Assembly: GCA_035419245.1 (NCBI GenBank)
Contig: DAOLSP010000001.1
Coordinates: forward strand, 636,309-700,308
Reading direction: 5' to 3'
DNA length: 64,000 nt
Source: a bacterium
GTDB lineage: Bacteria; Zhuqueibacterota; Zhuqueibacteria; Residuimicrobiales; Residuimicrobiaceae
Numbering within the stretch: position 1 is the first letter of the stretch; each line of letters opens with the position of its first letter. Positions 31,143 through 40,710 of the stretch are shown here, piece by piece. The position numbers and the translations under genes were made by a program. The notes beneath the pieces are model-generated. The model was not told where the DNA came from. It saw only the letters and a program-made list of their open reading frames with translations, and ran no database searches.

Positions 31143-32279
31143 ATGAAAATTGCAATGGTTTGTTATCCGACCCATGGCGGCAGCGGTGTTGTGGCGACCG
31201 AACTGGGCATGTGCCTAGCCCAGCGGGGCCATGAGGTCCATTTCATCAGTTACAGCACCCCCTTCCGCCTACGCGGATTTCAGGAGAATGTCTTTTATCA
31301 TGAAGTGGATGTCTCCGCCTATCCGCTCTTCAAATATCCTCCCTACGATCTCAGCCTGGCGGCGCAGATCATGGAGGTGGCTGATGAGCACAGTCTGGAT
31401 ATCGTTCATGCCCACTATGCCATCCCTCACGCGATCAGCGCCTACCTCGCCCGGCAAATGATGCGCGGCAAGGGCCCCAAGGTGGTCACCACCCTGCACG
31501 GCACTGATATCACCCTGGTGGGCAAGGATGCCTCATTCCGGGCGGCGGTGAAATTCGGGATCGAGGAGTCGGATGGCGTCACCGCGGTTTCGAACTACCT
31601 CGCCGAACAGACCCGCGCGGCCTTTGCCATCGACCGCGAGATCCGGGTGATCTATAATTTTGTCGACACCGAGCGCTTCTCGCCCCGGGTCGAGAACTGC
31701 ATTCGCAGCCGCTTTGCTCCGAACGGGGAAGCCATCCTGATGCACGCCTCCAATTTCCGTCCGGTCAAGCGCCTCACCGATACGATTGAAATCCTGGCGC
31801 GCGTGCGGCAGCAGTGGCCCGCCAAGCTTCTGCTGGTCGGCGAGGGACCGGACCGGCAGGAATCCCACGCCCTGGCCGATAAACTGGGACTGCACGACCA
31901 TGTACTCTACCTCGGCACCCAGGATGCCATCGAGCGGCTGCTCGGTTGCGCGGACCTCTTTCTCCTGCCCAGCAGCGAGGAGAGCTTTGGACTCGCGGCG
32001 CTGGAGGCGATGAGCTGCGGCACTCCGGTGATTGCCACCCGCATCGGCGGTCTTCCGGAGGTGGTGGAGCACGGCCTTGAGGGCTTTCTGTTCCCGGTGG
32101 GCGATGTCGATGCCATGGCCGCTGCGGCCCTCACGGTATTGCGCGATCCGCAGAAAATGGCGCAAATGCGGACGGCGGCGCGAGCCAAGGCCGAAAAGTG
32201 CTTCCGCATCGAGATCCTGGTGCCGGAGTATGAGGCCTTTTATGAGGAAATCCTGAACCGGTCATCCTCAGGAATCTGA
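31143..32279 (+). CDS. bshA: GT4 glycosyltransferase of the BshA type (N-acetyl-alpha-D-glucosaminyl L-malate synthase-like).
   Basis: N-terminus '[43 protein letters not shown]' closely tracks the BshA N-terminus ([29 protein letters not shown]....PFRL). GT4 C-terminal '[30 protein letters not shown]'. Confidence 0.7.
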   Translation: MKIAMVCYPTHGGSGVVATELGMCLAQRGHEVHFISYSTPFRLRGFQENVFYHEVDVSAYPLFKYPPYDLSLAAQIMEVADEHSLDIVHAHYAIPHAISAYLARQMMRGKGPKVVTTLHGTDITLVGKDASFRAAVKFGIEESDGVTAVSNYLAEQTRAAFAIDREIRVIYNFVDTERFSPRVENCIRSRFAPNGEAILMHASNFRPVKRLTDTIEILARVRQQWPAKLLLVGEGPDRQESHALADKLGLHDHVLYLGTQDAIERLLGCADLFLLPSSEESFGLAALEAMSCGTPVIATRIGGLPEVVEHGLEGFLFPVGDVDAMAAAALTVLRDPQKMAQMRTAARAKAEKCFRIEILVPEYEAFYEEILNRSSSGI

Positions 32280-32353
32280 TGCTTCCCTTGAAAAACCGGC
32301 GGCTGCGACGCCCGGCAGGATAAAAGACATCTTTAGAGCCCATAATTCACTTC

Positions 32354-32390
32354 AAAAGGCCGGGTCCGCCGGACGCAGCGGGCCTTTTCT
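32354..32390 (+). terminator. Possible intrinsic terminator after bshA (imperfect GC-rich hairpin flanked by A4 and T4).
   Basis: AAAAGGCC...(inner GTCCG/CGGAC)...GGCCTTTT, 70 nt after the bshA stop. Confidence 0.35.
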
Positions 32391-32416
32391 GGCATGCAAG
32401 TTGTAGGAATCCTTAC

Positions 32417-33829
32417 GTGATCCGTCGCCGTCTCCTGATGAGCATATTAGCCCCGCTTCTGGGTGTGCTGCTCGCCGCGGGCATTTACCTGCAGTACCAT
32501 TTCCGCGACTTGCTCGAACGGGAGCTGGGCAGCAAGCTGGAATCGCTGGCCCTAGCGGCCGGGCAGGATATGGATTCCGGTCTGATCGCGATGCTGCGGC
32601 CGGGCGATGAATCGAACCGTCTTTATTCCGCCCTGCGCGAACGGCTGCACGCTTTTGCCGCGGCGGTGGGACTGCGGCGGGTGATGTTGTTCTCTCCCGA
32701 ACAGGGCGTCTGGCTGGACAGTGAGGGATTAGCACCGATCGCTTCGCCCTATGTGCGTCTACATTTTGACCGGGATGTGATCGAACAGGCCTTGCAAGGG
32801 CAGCCGGCCAGTTCGACGCTCTTCACTGGAAGCGACGGACGCCTTTACAAGTCGGCCTATGCCCCGCTGCAGAGCGAAGGCAGGCGGATCGGGGTGGTTG
32901 TCGTCGAAGGCAGCGCCGAATCGCTGCAGGCGGTGCGTGATTCGCAGCGCGTGTTGTTGCAGATTGGCCTGATCGCCGCGGTCACTGCGCTGCTGCTCGC
33001 CTGGGTGCTTTCGCGGCGCCTGACCCGGCCGGTCGCCCGGCTGCAACAGGCCGCCGAGCGCATCGGCCGTGGCGATCTCACTCAGGCTGTTCCGGCCACC
33101 GGCAGGGATGAGCTCGCTTTCCTCGGCCGGACCATGGAGGAGATGCGCAGCTCGCTCATCGCCCGGAACGAGCAGCAAAAGGCCATGCTCGTCGGACTGG
33201 CCCACGAGATCCGCAATCCCCTCGGCGGTATCGAGCTCTTCGCCGGCCTGATCCGCGATGACGCCGCAACGGCCACCCTGCGCCAGCAGGCGGAGCGCAT
33301 TCTGCGCGAGACCGGAAACCTGAAACGGCTGATCAATGATTTCCTCGATTACGCCCGTCCCCTGCAGGCCCGGCCGCAACGCTGCCGCATCCGTGATTTC
33401 TGGCAGGAATGTGGCGAGCTGATCAGCGCCGACATCGCCACGAGCCCTCTCAGCCTGGTACTGCACGGCGACGGCTATGCCTGGGTCGATCCGGTGCATT
33501 TCAAACAGATGCTCCTCAACCTTCTGCTCAACGCCGCCCAGAGTATGGAAAAGGGAGGCCGGATTACGGGAGTCGTGACGCTGCGCGATGGGGTGGTCGC
33601 ACTCGAGATCAGCGATCAAGGACGGGGCATTGCCGCTGCGGACCAGAAATCGATCTTTGAACCCTTTTTCAGCCGCAAAGAGAAGGGCATGGGTTTGGGG
33701 CTGGCCATGGTCCGCAATCTCGCCGCCGCCAACCGCGCCCGCGTGGATCTGGTGCAGAGTTCCCCGGCGGGCAGCTGTTTCCGGCTGCTCCTGCCGGCCG
33801 CACCGGACGCCGGGAAGGAGAAGCCTTGA
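32417..33829 (+). CDS. Sensor histidine kinase (two TM helices, periplasmic sensor, HAMP, HisKA, HATPase_c).
   Basis: TM1 'LMSILAPLLGVLLAAGIYL' and TM2 'IGLIAAVTALLLAWVL' followed by HAMP. H-box 'LAHEIRNPLGGI'. G-boxes 'DQGRGI' and 'GLGLAMV'. Confidence 0.88.
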   Translation: MIRRRLLMSILAPLLGVLLAAGIYLQYHFRDLLERELGSKLESLALAAGQDMDSGLIAMLRPGDESNRLYSALRERLHAFAAAVGLRRVMLFSPEQGVWLDSEGLAPIASPYVRLHFDRDVIEQALQGQPASSTLFTGSDGRLYKSAYAPLQSEGRRIGVVVVEGSAESLQAVRDSQRVLLQIGLIAAVTALLLAWVLSRRLTRPVARLQQAAERIGRGDLTQAVPATGRDELAFLGRTMEEMRSSLIARNEQQKAMLVGLAHEIRNPLGGIELFAGLIRDDAATATLRQQAERILRETGNLKRLINDFLDYARPLQARPQRCRIRDFWQECGELISADIATSPLSLVLHGDGYAWVDPVHFKQMLLNLLLNAAQSMEKGGRITGVVTLRDGVVALEISDQGRGIAAADQKSIFEPFFSRKEKGMGLGLAMVRNLAAANRARVDLVQSSPAGSCFRLLLPAAPDAGKEKP

Positions 33830-35241
33830 AGATTCTGATTGTGGAAGATAATGAAACCCTGCGCGAAGGCATGGCGCAGGTGCTGGAGAAGATGAGCCTG
33901 CAGGTGGTTCAAGCCCCCGACGGCGAGACGGCGCTGCAGTTCCTCGCCCGGGATGCCGCCGCCATCGTCGTCACCGATTACCGCATGGCGGGGATGGACG
34001 GACTCGAGTTGCTCCAGGAGGTGAAGAAACTGGCGCCCGCCACCGAGGTGCTGCTCATCACCGCCTATGGCAGCATTGAGCTGGCCGTCCGGGCGATGCA
34101 GCTGGGTGCCGCCGACTTTATCGCCAAACCCTTTTCGCACGAAGAGTTCCGGCTGCGCATCGGCCGCATCCTCGACCGGATCGCCCGGGAGGAAAAGCTG
34201 AGTCGGCTGCATGACGAGAACAGCTATTTGCGTCAGGAGTTGGAAGAGGCCTGCAAATTCGGCCAGCTCATCGGCGAATCGCCGCAGATGCAGGAGCTCT
34301 ATCGTGCGATCAGCAAAGTGGCCAGGACCGATGCCACCGTCATCCTCTATGGCGAAAGCGGCACCGGTAAGGAGCTGGTCGCCCATGCCATCCACAAAAA
34401 CAGCGAGCGGGCGCAACACCCTTTCATCCGGGTACACTGCGGTGCCCTGGCGGAAGGGGTGCTCGAGTCGGAGCTTTTCGGTCATGAGAAGGGCGCTTTC
34501 ACCGGAGCGGTTCGGCGCAAACGCGGGCGGTTCGAGCTGGCCCATACCGGCACGCTGTTTCTCGATGAAATCGGCGACATCACACCGGGGACACAAATCA
34601 AGCTGCTGCGTGTCCTCCAGGAGCGCGAGTTCGAACGGGTCGGCGGCGAGCAAACGCTGACCGTCGATGTGCGTGTCATCGCTGCCACCCACCGCGACCT
34701 GCTCGGATTGGTGGATCAAGGCAAATTCCGCCGTGATCTTTACTACCGGCTGCACATCATCCCGATCCAATTGCCGCCTCTGCGGGAGCGTGGCGAGGAT
34801 ATACTGCTTCTGGCCCGTCATTTTCTCCAGCGCATCTGCACCGAGATGGGCCGGCCGCTGCTGCCGCTGACGCCGGCCGCCGAAGCGGCATTACGGTACT
34901 ATCCCTGGCCAGGTAACGTGCGCGAACTGGAGAACGTCCTCGAGCGCGCCGTCGTCCTGGCCGACGGCGCAACCCTGGACGCCCGGGATCTGCCGCTGAC
35001 GGCGGCCGGAACGCCCGGACCTTCCGGCGGCGGCGAACCGGAAACCCTGGACCAGATGCTCGATCGGATCGAAAAGCAGACGATTGAGCGGGCAATGGCC
35101 GCGGCCAACGGGGTCAAGATGGAGGCGGCGCGCCGCCTCGGCATCAAGGCCAGCGCCCTCTACTACAAACTCGAAAAATATGGATTGATGCGAGATGAGG
35201 AACCCCCGGGGGGAGCCGGGTCCGATCCCAAAACGTTATAA
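33826..35241 (+). CDS. Sigma-54-dependent two-component response regulator (NtrC/AtoC family: REC, AAA+, Fis HTH).
   Basis: REC 'KILIVEDNETLREG...D54-like VVTDYRMAGMDG'. Walker A 'GESGTGKE'. 'GAFTGA'. C-terminal 'EAARRLGIKASALYYKLEKYG' HTH. Start overlaps the kinase stop (ATGA-type coupling). Confidence 0.92.
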   Translation: MKILIVEDNETLREGMAQVLEKMSLQVVQAPDGETALQFLARDAAAIVVTDYRMAGMDGLELLQEVKKLAPATEVLLITAYGSIELAVRAMQLGAADFIAKPFSHEEFRLRIGRILDRIAREEKLSRLHDENSYLRQELEEACKFGQLIGESPQMQELYRAISKVARTDATVILYGESGTGKELVAHAIHKNSERAQHPFIRVHCGALAEGVLESELFGHEKGAFTGAVRRKRGRFELAHTGTLFLDEIGDITPGTQIKLLRVLQEREFERVGGEQTLTVDVRVIAATHRDLLGLVDQGKFRRDLYYRLHIIPIQLPPLRERGEDILLLARHFLQRICTEMGRPLLPLTPAAEAALRYYPWPGNVRELENVLERAVVLADGATLDARDLPLTAAGTPGPSGGGEPETLDQMLDRIEKQTIERAMAAANGVKMEAARRLGIKASALYYKLEKYGLMRDEEPPGGAGSDPKTL

Positions 35242-35255
35242 CCTGGATAAGTTGC

Positions 35256-36272
35256 ATGGTGCTGTATAACCTTCTCCTAGCAAGCCGATGTCCGCGTCGG
35301 GGCCGTCGGATCTTTCCCCTGCTCCTGGTGGTGCTTATTTACGGAAGCGCTGCCGGTTTGGGGCAATCCAAGTTGGCGCAAGGCTATGATGAACTGCAGC
35401 AGCGGCTCCGGGTTCTGCAGCAGCAGAATGCAGCGCTCACGGCAGCCAGTGATTCTCTGGCCGTGGAAATCCAGCGGCAGAAGGAGGGGGAGCCGCTCAA
35501 TCTTTTCGCGCGGCGCAGGCTCGAACGCGCCTTGCGCAGCGCGCAGGAGCTGGCGCGCCGGCGCGAGGAAAACCTGCGGCTTCAGTCCGGCCTGCAAATG
35601 GAGCTGGCGCATCGCGCGGCTGCTCTCGACAGCTGCTATGCCGCAGCGATCGATTCGCTATTAAAAACGGCCGGCCCACTGCAGGGCTCGCAGCGTCAGA
35701 AGGTGGAGGATCTCCGCAGCCGCCGTACGGCTCTGCAAGGGGTCTTGTCTTCCGGAACGGGCGGCTTGGACTTGGTTGGATCGGTCCGTATCAATCCCAA
35801 CGATCTGCCGGAAGAGATCACCGTCAAAGCCGACCTGCTGCGGGCCCGCGAGGGTCAGCTGCGCGCGCAGGCGCAATCGCTCGCGCGGCGCGCGGGTCAG
35901 ATCAAACAGGAGGGTGCGCTGCGCAAAAAAATGGCCGACCTCGTGAGCGATGTCAGCCTCTTCGAACAGCGCGATGAAATGACACAGCGGACGAACCGCA
36001 GCCCGGAATCCGAGATCAGCACAGCGACCAACAAGGGAAATGTCAGCATCCGGGGCGAACCCGGGACCGTAATGGAGCCAGCCTCACCGGCAGAACAACT
36101 GCTACGCCTTGACCTGCGCAGCCTCTCCACCGAAGACGCGGATGTACTCCTGCACGAGCTCGAAAGCCAGCGGCGGATGCTGCTGATGCGTGCGGACAGT
36201 CTCGCTGTGCGGGCACTGCATTTCGACGCGGAGGCGGAGCGGCTGCGGACCCAATTAAAGCAAACGCGTTGA
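35256..36272 (+). CDS. Hypothetical exported coiled-coil protein (N-terminal signal or TM, then long heptad-repeat region).
   Basis: 'RIFPLLLVVLIYGSAAGL' hydrophobic N-terminus. Q/R/E/L/A-rich heptads throughout. Confidence 0.5.
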   Translation: MVLYNLLLASRCPRRGRRIFPLLLVVLIYGSAAGLGQSKLAQGYDELQQRLRVLQQQNAALTAASDSLAVEIQRQKEGEPLNLFARRRLERALRSAQELARRREENLRLQSGLQMELAHRAAALDSCYAAAIDSLLKTAGPLQGSQRQKVEDLRSRRTALQGVLSSGTGGLDLVGSVRINPNDLPEEITVKADLLRAREGQLRAQAQSLARRAGQIKQEGALRKKMADLVSDVSLFEQRDEMTQRTNRSPESEISTATNKGNVSIRGEPGTVMEPASPAEQLLRLDLRSLSTEDADVLLHELESQRRMLLMRADSLAVRALHFDAEAERLRTQLKQTR

Positions 36273-37334
36273 ATGCAGCGAACGCTCTTTTACATGTTCT
36301 GCGCTTTCGCCAGCCTGGCCGCTGCCGGTGATGCCTTTCCTCCGCACACAACCTGGCGGCTGCACCATCGCCTTCAGGTCGGCTGGGAATGCGACAGCAA
36401 TGTCTTTGAAGCCCTCAACGACCCTCACGCTGGCCAGGATTTACGCCTGCTCTACGAAATCAAGGCGGCGGCAAGCCGCGTTGCAGGAAGGTACCAGTTC
36501 GGATATCGCAGCGGAGGCCAGTTTTACCCGGACAAGGCACGCGAAAACAAGTTGATCCAGGAGATCGAGGCGGGCGGCGAGTGCGCGCTCACCCCGGCGC
36601 TGGCTCTTGGCGGATCGGGTTATGGGCGTCTCAAGCTTTTTCTCCAGAGGGACGAGGATTATGCCTTCGGCCGCGCCCAGCTCTACCTGGCTCTCCGCTT
36701 GCCCGCCCGCTTCACCATCAAGGGCGGCTTCAGCGGCGAGGGTCTCGATTATTCCACTGCCGGATTTTACGATTATGCCGCTCCCGGTCTATTTTGCCAA
36801 CTGCACCGTCCTATCAGCAACCACATTGCGGTGACCGGGCGGGCCAGCCTGCTGACGCTGCACTACCGAAGGGTTCTTTACCGGCTGGTCTCGCGTAACG
36901 AGGCCTATCCCTCGCAGGATGCCCATCAGGAGGACGATCTCGCGATGTGGGGCCTCCGGGTGGATGTCAACTGGTGCGGTTTTTTAGGGCAGATCGGCTA
37001 CCGCCGTGAGGAGAGCCGTTCGAATTCCCCCGGCTACGATTACAGCCGCGATGTCATTGAGGTTTCGATGGTGCAGCAGCTATACGGATGGTATCTCCGG
37101 GGGCTGCTCACCCTGCAGCAGAAGCGCTACCGGGATGATCTCTATCCCTTCTGGCCGTTGCAGCCGGATGCGGAGCTGGAGGAGAGCAATGTTCTGGTGA
37201 TCGATTTGTCGCGGCCGCTGATGACGCGGATCGAGATGATCCTTCGTGCTGCCTGGTACCGAAATGAATCGCCCTGGGCAGCGCTCTTTTACAGCAAGCG
37301 GCTGTTGAGCCTGAATCTTGAATATCAGTTTTGA
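36273..37334 (+). CDS. Hypothetical outer-membrane beta-barrel protein.
   Basis: Signal peptide 'MFCAFASLAAAG'. Alternating hydrophobic beta-strand pattern. C-terminal '...LSLNLEYQF' terminal-Phe OMP signature. Confidence 0.5.
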   Translation: MQRTLFYMFCAFASLAAAGDAFPPHTTWRLHHRLQVGWECDSNVFEALNDPHAGQDLRLLYEIKAAASRVAGRYQFGYRSGGQFYPDKARENKLIQEIEAGGECALTPALALGGSGYGRLKLFLQRDEDYAFGRAQLYLALRLPARFTIKGGFSGEGLDYSTAGFYDYAAPGLFCQLHRPISNHIAVTGRASLLTLHYRRVLYRLVSRNEAYPSQDAHQEDDLAMWGLRVDVNWCGFLGQIGYRREESRSNSPGYDYSRDVIEVSMVQQLYGWYLRGLLTLQQKRYRDDLYPFWPLQPDAELEESNVLVIDLSRPLMTRIEMILRAAWYRNESPWAALFYSKRLLSLNLEYQF

Positions 37335-37573
37335 GCCTTTCCTGCGCGGTGCTTGCCCTTGCCGCCACCCGCCTCCCGCGCCAGCCTCTCGCACCTACCC
37401 GGGCTGCGCCCGCTCGAACCCACCCCTTCCTCTCGTATCTACCCGCTTCCTGTGGTGGTCTGAGATTTTCTTTTTCTTGAATAAAATTATATGTATATTG
37501 ACTCCCGGAAATGGGACCTGCTGAACCATGGTGCAGGACGGCCGCTACCCAGTAATGGAATGAGAAAGCAAGG

Positions 37574-38575
37574 ATGATCAGCGAAAAAGAATCGCAGCGT
37601 ATGCAGGGGTTTCTCGCCCACCTGCGTTCGCAAAGCTGGCGGGGCTATGTTCTCGTGGGTGTGGTGATCTATTTGATCCTGATCAACCAGCTCATCCGGG
37701 TCCGTCCTGATCATGTCTTCATCGCCCTGGCGCTCCTCGCCCTGACCCTGGGCCGAGGTCGCGTGAAATATTTTGTCACGGATTGGGCGCCCTGGATCGT
37801 TTTCTGGATATGCTATGATATGATGCGAGGCATCGTGGATAACTGGCGTGGCGCCATCAATGTTGTCTGGCCGTATAAAACCGAACTCGCCTTGTTTGGC
37901 CGGTTTTTTCACGGAGTGATTCCTTGTTATTATTTGCAGGATTTGCAGCAGACCTTGCAAGGGACGGCCCTTAAGAGTCTGCTTGATGCCAGCGGCGGGC
38001 TGTTTTACACCCTCCATTTTGGCGTGCCGCTCATCGTCGGCTGGCTCTTCTGGCATACCACTGATGACCGCAAGTCTTTTTACCGGTTCGTCTGGACGAT
38101 GACTCTGCTTAATTTTTCAGCTTTGGCGACATTTTTCCTCTATCCGGCGGCACCGCCGTGGTATGTTTACAGTTATGGATTCGGCCAGCCAGCGGCAGCC
38201 AGTCACTGGGGACTGGGCGCCGGGGCCTTGATCAATGTGGACCGGATGATCGGCATGAATTTTTTCCAGACGCTATGGGGCGGATTCAATCCCAACCATT
38301 TTGCTGCGATTCCATCGCTGCACGGCGCTTATCCTGTGGCTTTTGCCCTTTTTATGTATAAAAAATTCAGACGATATCCTCTGTTGCTGGCGCTCTATCC
38401 GGCTGGCGTCTGGTTCTCGGCGGTTTATCTCAACCAGCATTATATCATCGATCTCATCATCGGGGCGATCTACCTGATCATCGCCTATCTGATCACCGAC
38501 CGGATCCTGATCCCCCAGGTTTTTTCGCGTTTTATAAGCTGGGCGCCGCTGCATAAGAAGGAGGCCATCGCCTGA
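37574..38575 (+). CDS. PAP2-superfamily (PAP2_3 / AUR1-inositolphosphoceramide-synthase-like) integral membrane phosphotransferase.
   Basis: Six or more TM helices. C2-like 'IPSLHGAYPV' and C3-like 'NQHYIIDLIIGA' (His and Asp) motifs characteristic of AUR1-type PAP2 enzymes. Confidence 0.5.
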   Translation: MISEKESQRMQGFLAHLRSQSWRGYVLVGVVIYLILINQLIRVRPDHVFIALALLALTLGRGRVKYFVTDWAPWIVFWICYDMMRGIVDNWRGAINVVWPYKTELALFGRFFHGVIPCYYLQDLQQTLQGTALKSLLDASGGLFYTLHFGVPLIVGWLFWHTTDDRKSFYRFVWTMTLLNFSALATFFLYPAAPPWYVYSYGFGQPAAASHWGLGAGALINVDRMIGMNFFQTLWGGFNPNHFAAIPSLHGAYPVAFALFMYKKFRRYPLLLALYPAGVWFSAVYLNQHYIIDLIIGAIYLIIAYLITDRILIPQVFSRFISWAPLHKKEAIA

Positions 38576-38752
38576 TTCTCGCGTCAATACTCGGCGCCCC
38601 CCTTTTCAAGGCGCAAGCATGCTGGAAAGATAATGGAGTAATTGGGATACGTGATGCGCGGTGTCAGAGGGGAGCCAGATTTAGGGGGTATATCCTCTGT
38701 CTTTTCGCTTGACTTTTTACACAAAAATAAATACTTTATAGGCATGTTTGGC

Positions 38753-38825
<73 letters not shown>

Positions 38826-38829
38826 CCCG

Positions 38830-38868
38830 AAAAAGCCCTGAAAGCTTTAGTTCTCAGGGCTTTTTTTT
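38830..38868 (+). terminator. Intrinsic terminator after tRNA-Phe.
   Basis: GCCCTGA-(12-nt loop)-TCAGGGC followed by T8. Confidence 0.7.
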
Positions 38869-39088
38869 ATTCTCCGGCAAGGAATTGAAAAAAGCGAGTC
38901 GGTTTATCGTTCCATCGCTGGAACCTCGGTTCTCAGGACGCGAAGAAGCGGTTCCTGATTTGATAGCGGGACACTGAGGGAAATGATGCGGTGCGGAGAT
39001 TCCCCGCAGGCCGGATGGATGGTCTTCATCGGGCTCTGCAGCCTCCATCCGGAAACCTCTCTCCAGGGCAGAAACAGCAGATCGTGAT

Positions 39089-39475
39089 TCAGCCATGCTC
39101 TCCAGCCGTGATGGCACGATAAGACGAGGGTGCTCCCGATAGGACAGCCAGAGCCGCCAGGAGGGTGACGGTCCAAAGGTAGGGCTCACTGACAACGAGA
39201 TAAATGACAAGTCCGGCGGTTACAGTATAGACCATCGGCCGGAATCGGCCCTATCCGATAGCGGGATGCAGCATGGGAGGCCATGATAGTTGGATATGGC
39301 CAAGATGTAAGCTGATTTTGCCGGCCCTGGACTTGCGCCAAATGCAGGTCATGCCGGCAATAACCGTCAAGCCAATCTGGACGAGGCCGGACTGGAGTGC
39401 CTGGACCCAGAGAGGATTAGGGGGAGATAATTCATTTGTCGACAAGTGGTTGAAGACAGGTTTCATGGGAGACAA
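39089..39475 (-). pseudogene. Small multi-TM membrane ORF interrupted by a single in-frame TAG (candidate pseudogene or readthrough).
   Basis: Track ORF 39251..39475(-) ends in TAG. Five codons later in the same frame an ATG (39235) opens MVYTVTAGLVIYLVVSEPYLWTVTLLAALAVLSGAPSSYRAITAGEHG (to 39089). Both parts carry TM-like segments. Confidence 0.25.
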
Positions 39476-39944
39476 GCGAGGATCGATAATTCGGGCAGAA
39501 AGTGCAACCGGCGCTTGTCCCGGGGAGATGTCAAGGATATTTTTAGGCAGAGGGAAGAACGGAATGGCATTGCCAACATTCGAAGAAAAGCCCCCTGCTT
39601 GTCTTTCCAGGATCTTGTGCTCGGGATTAGTACTTTTTTAAAGCCCTTCCCTTGTCAGCGCGAACATAGAGGTTGTCTTCTCCCAACTTGCCATGAATAG
39701 TACCACCCGGTATGCCTTCACCCTGACAGGCTCGGGAACCTATACAGTCTTCGCCACGCTCCTCAATCTCTACCCTGGCGGCCGTCTTTACGGGACGGCC
39801 AGGAAACGGGCCTCGTGCAAGCGGTTGCGTCGGGCCTTTTTTAGGGGGAGGCGCTGCTGTCGTGCCGGGGAATTGCCGGTGGACATTCGTTGTTACAACG
39901 GATACAAATCCTTCAACTATACGAACTATACAACAGGTGAACAT

Positions 39945-40664
39945 ATGACGACACGACGTGAATTCATCAAGGCCGGTACGGCTGCTGCCGCCGGCGCTGC
40001 CCTCAGTGGCGAGGCCGCTTTCTCTCAGCCGGCCGCCAGCTCCGATCTGGTCCGCGACGAGGCCGGCAATTATCTCCTTCCACCGCTGCCCTACGATTAC
40101 GCCGCCCTTGAGCCGCATATTGATGAAGCGACCATGCGGCTGCATCACGACAAGCATCACTTGGCCTATGTCAACGGACTGAATGCCGCCCTCAAGGCCC
40201 TGGCGCAGGCGCGCGAGACCAATAATTTCGATCTGGTCTCCTACTACTCCACCCAGAGCTCTTTTCACGGCTCCGGCCATCTGATGCATGCCATCTTCTG
40301 GAAGAATATGGCCCCCAACGCCGGCGGCGAGCCCAAAGGCGAGCTGGCCAGGGCCATCGAGCGCGATTTCGGCTCCTATGCTGCCTTCAAGGCGCACTTT
40401 TCCGCCGCATCGGCCAAGGTCGAGGGGAGCGGCTGGGGCGTGCTCGGCTACGATCCCTATGGCAAGAAGCTGCTGGTGCTGCAGGTTGAAAAGCACCAGA
40501 ACCTCTTCGTGGCGGGTCTCGTGCCGCTGCTGGTGCTCGATGTCTGGGAGCACGCCTACTATCTGAAATACCAGAACCGGCGGGCGGACTATGTCACCGC
40601 TTTTTTCAACGTGATCAACTGGGATGATGTGGCGCAGCGCTTTGCGGCTGCCCAGCAGAGGTAG
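39945..40664 (+). CDS. sodA: Fe/Mn-family superoxide dismutase with an N-terminal twin-arginine (Tat) signal peptide.
   Basis: 'MTTRREFIKAGTAAAAGAALSGEAAFS' Tat motif (RREFIK). 'LPPLPYDYAALEPHIDEATMRLHHDKHH' and 'DVWEHAYYLKYQNRRADYV' SOD metal-ligand motifs. AGGTGA RBS. The track's extension to 39693 and the opposite-strand ORF 39627..40691 are rejected. Confidence 0.9.
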   Translation: MTTRREFIKAGTAAAAGAALSGEAAFSQPAASSDLVRDEAGNYLLPPLPYDYAALEPHIDEATMRLHHDKHHLAYVNGLNAALKALAQARETNNFDLVSYYSTQSSFHGSGHLMHAIFWKNMAPNAGGEPKGELARAIERDFGSYAAFKAHFSAASAKVEGSGWGVLGYDPYGKKLLVLQVEKHQNLFVAGLVPLLVLDVWEHAYYLKYQNRRADYVTAFFNVINWDDVAQRFAAAQQR

Positions 40665-40673
40665 GGTGAACCC

Positions 40674-40708
40674 AAAAAGCCCGGGATGCAAGTCCCGGGC
40701 TTTTTTTT
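40674..40708. terminator. Bidirectional intrinsic terminator between convergent sod and vWA genes.
   Basis: A5, then AGCCCGGG-(8-nt loop)-CCCGGGCT, then T8. Confidence 0.8.
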
Positions 40709-40710
40709 CG

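Noticed and set aside
35229-35246. CTGGATAAGTTGCATGG resembling a sigma-54 -24/-12 element before the coiled-coil gene.
   Set aside because: GG to GC spacing is 9 instead of 12, so it does not fit TGGCAC-N5-TTGC. Left as not found.
37335-37573. Possible NtrC-type half-site pair TGCACCATGGTTCAGCA and a sigma-70-like TTGAAT/TATATT pair upstream of the PAP2 gene.
   Set aside because: The second half-site matches only 4 of 7 positions. The TTGAAT/TATATT spacing is 11 nt. Not supportable as regulatory sites.
39693-39944. In-frame 84-codon upstream extension of the SOD ORF (track start 39693).
   Set aside because: No RBS, no homology, and the Tat signal must be N-terminal. ATG 39945 with an AGGTGA RBS is the start.
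39627-40691. 354-aa minus-strand ORF overlapping the superoxide dismutase gene.
   Set aside because: The plus strand encodes an unmistakable Fe/Mn SOD with a Tat signal and RBS. The minus-strand product is Gly/Ala-rich and featureless.
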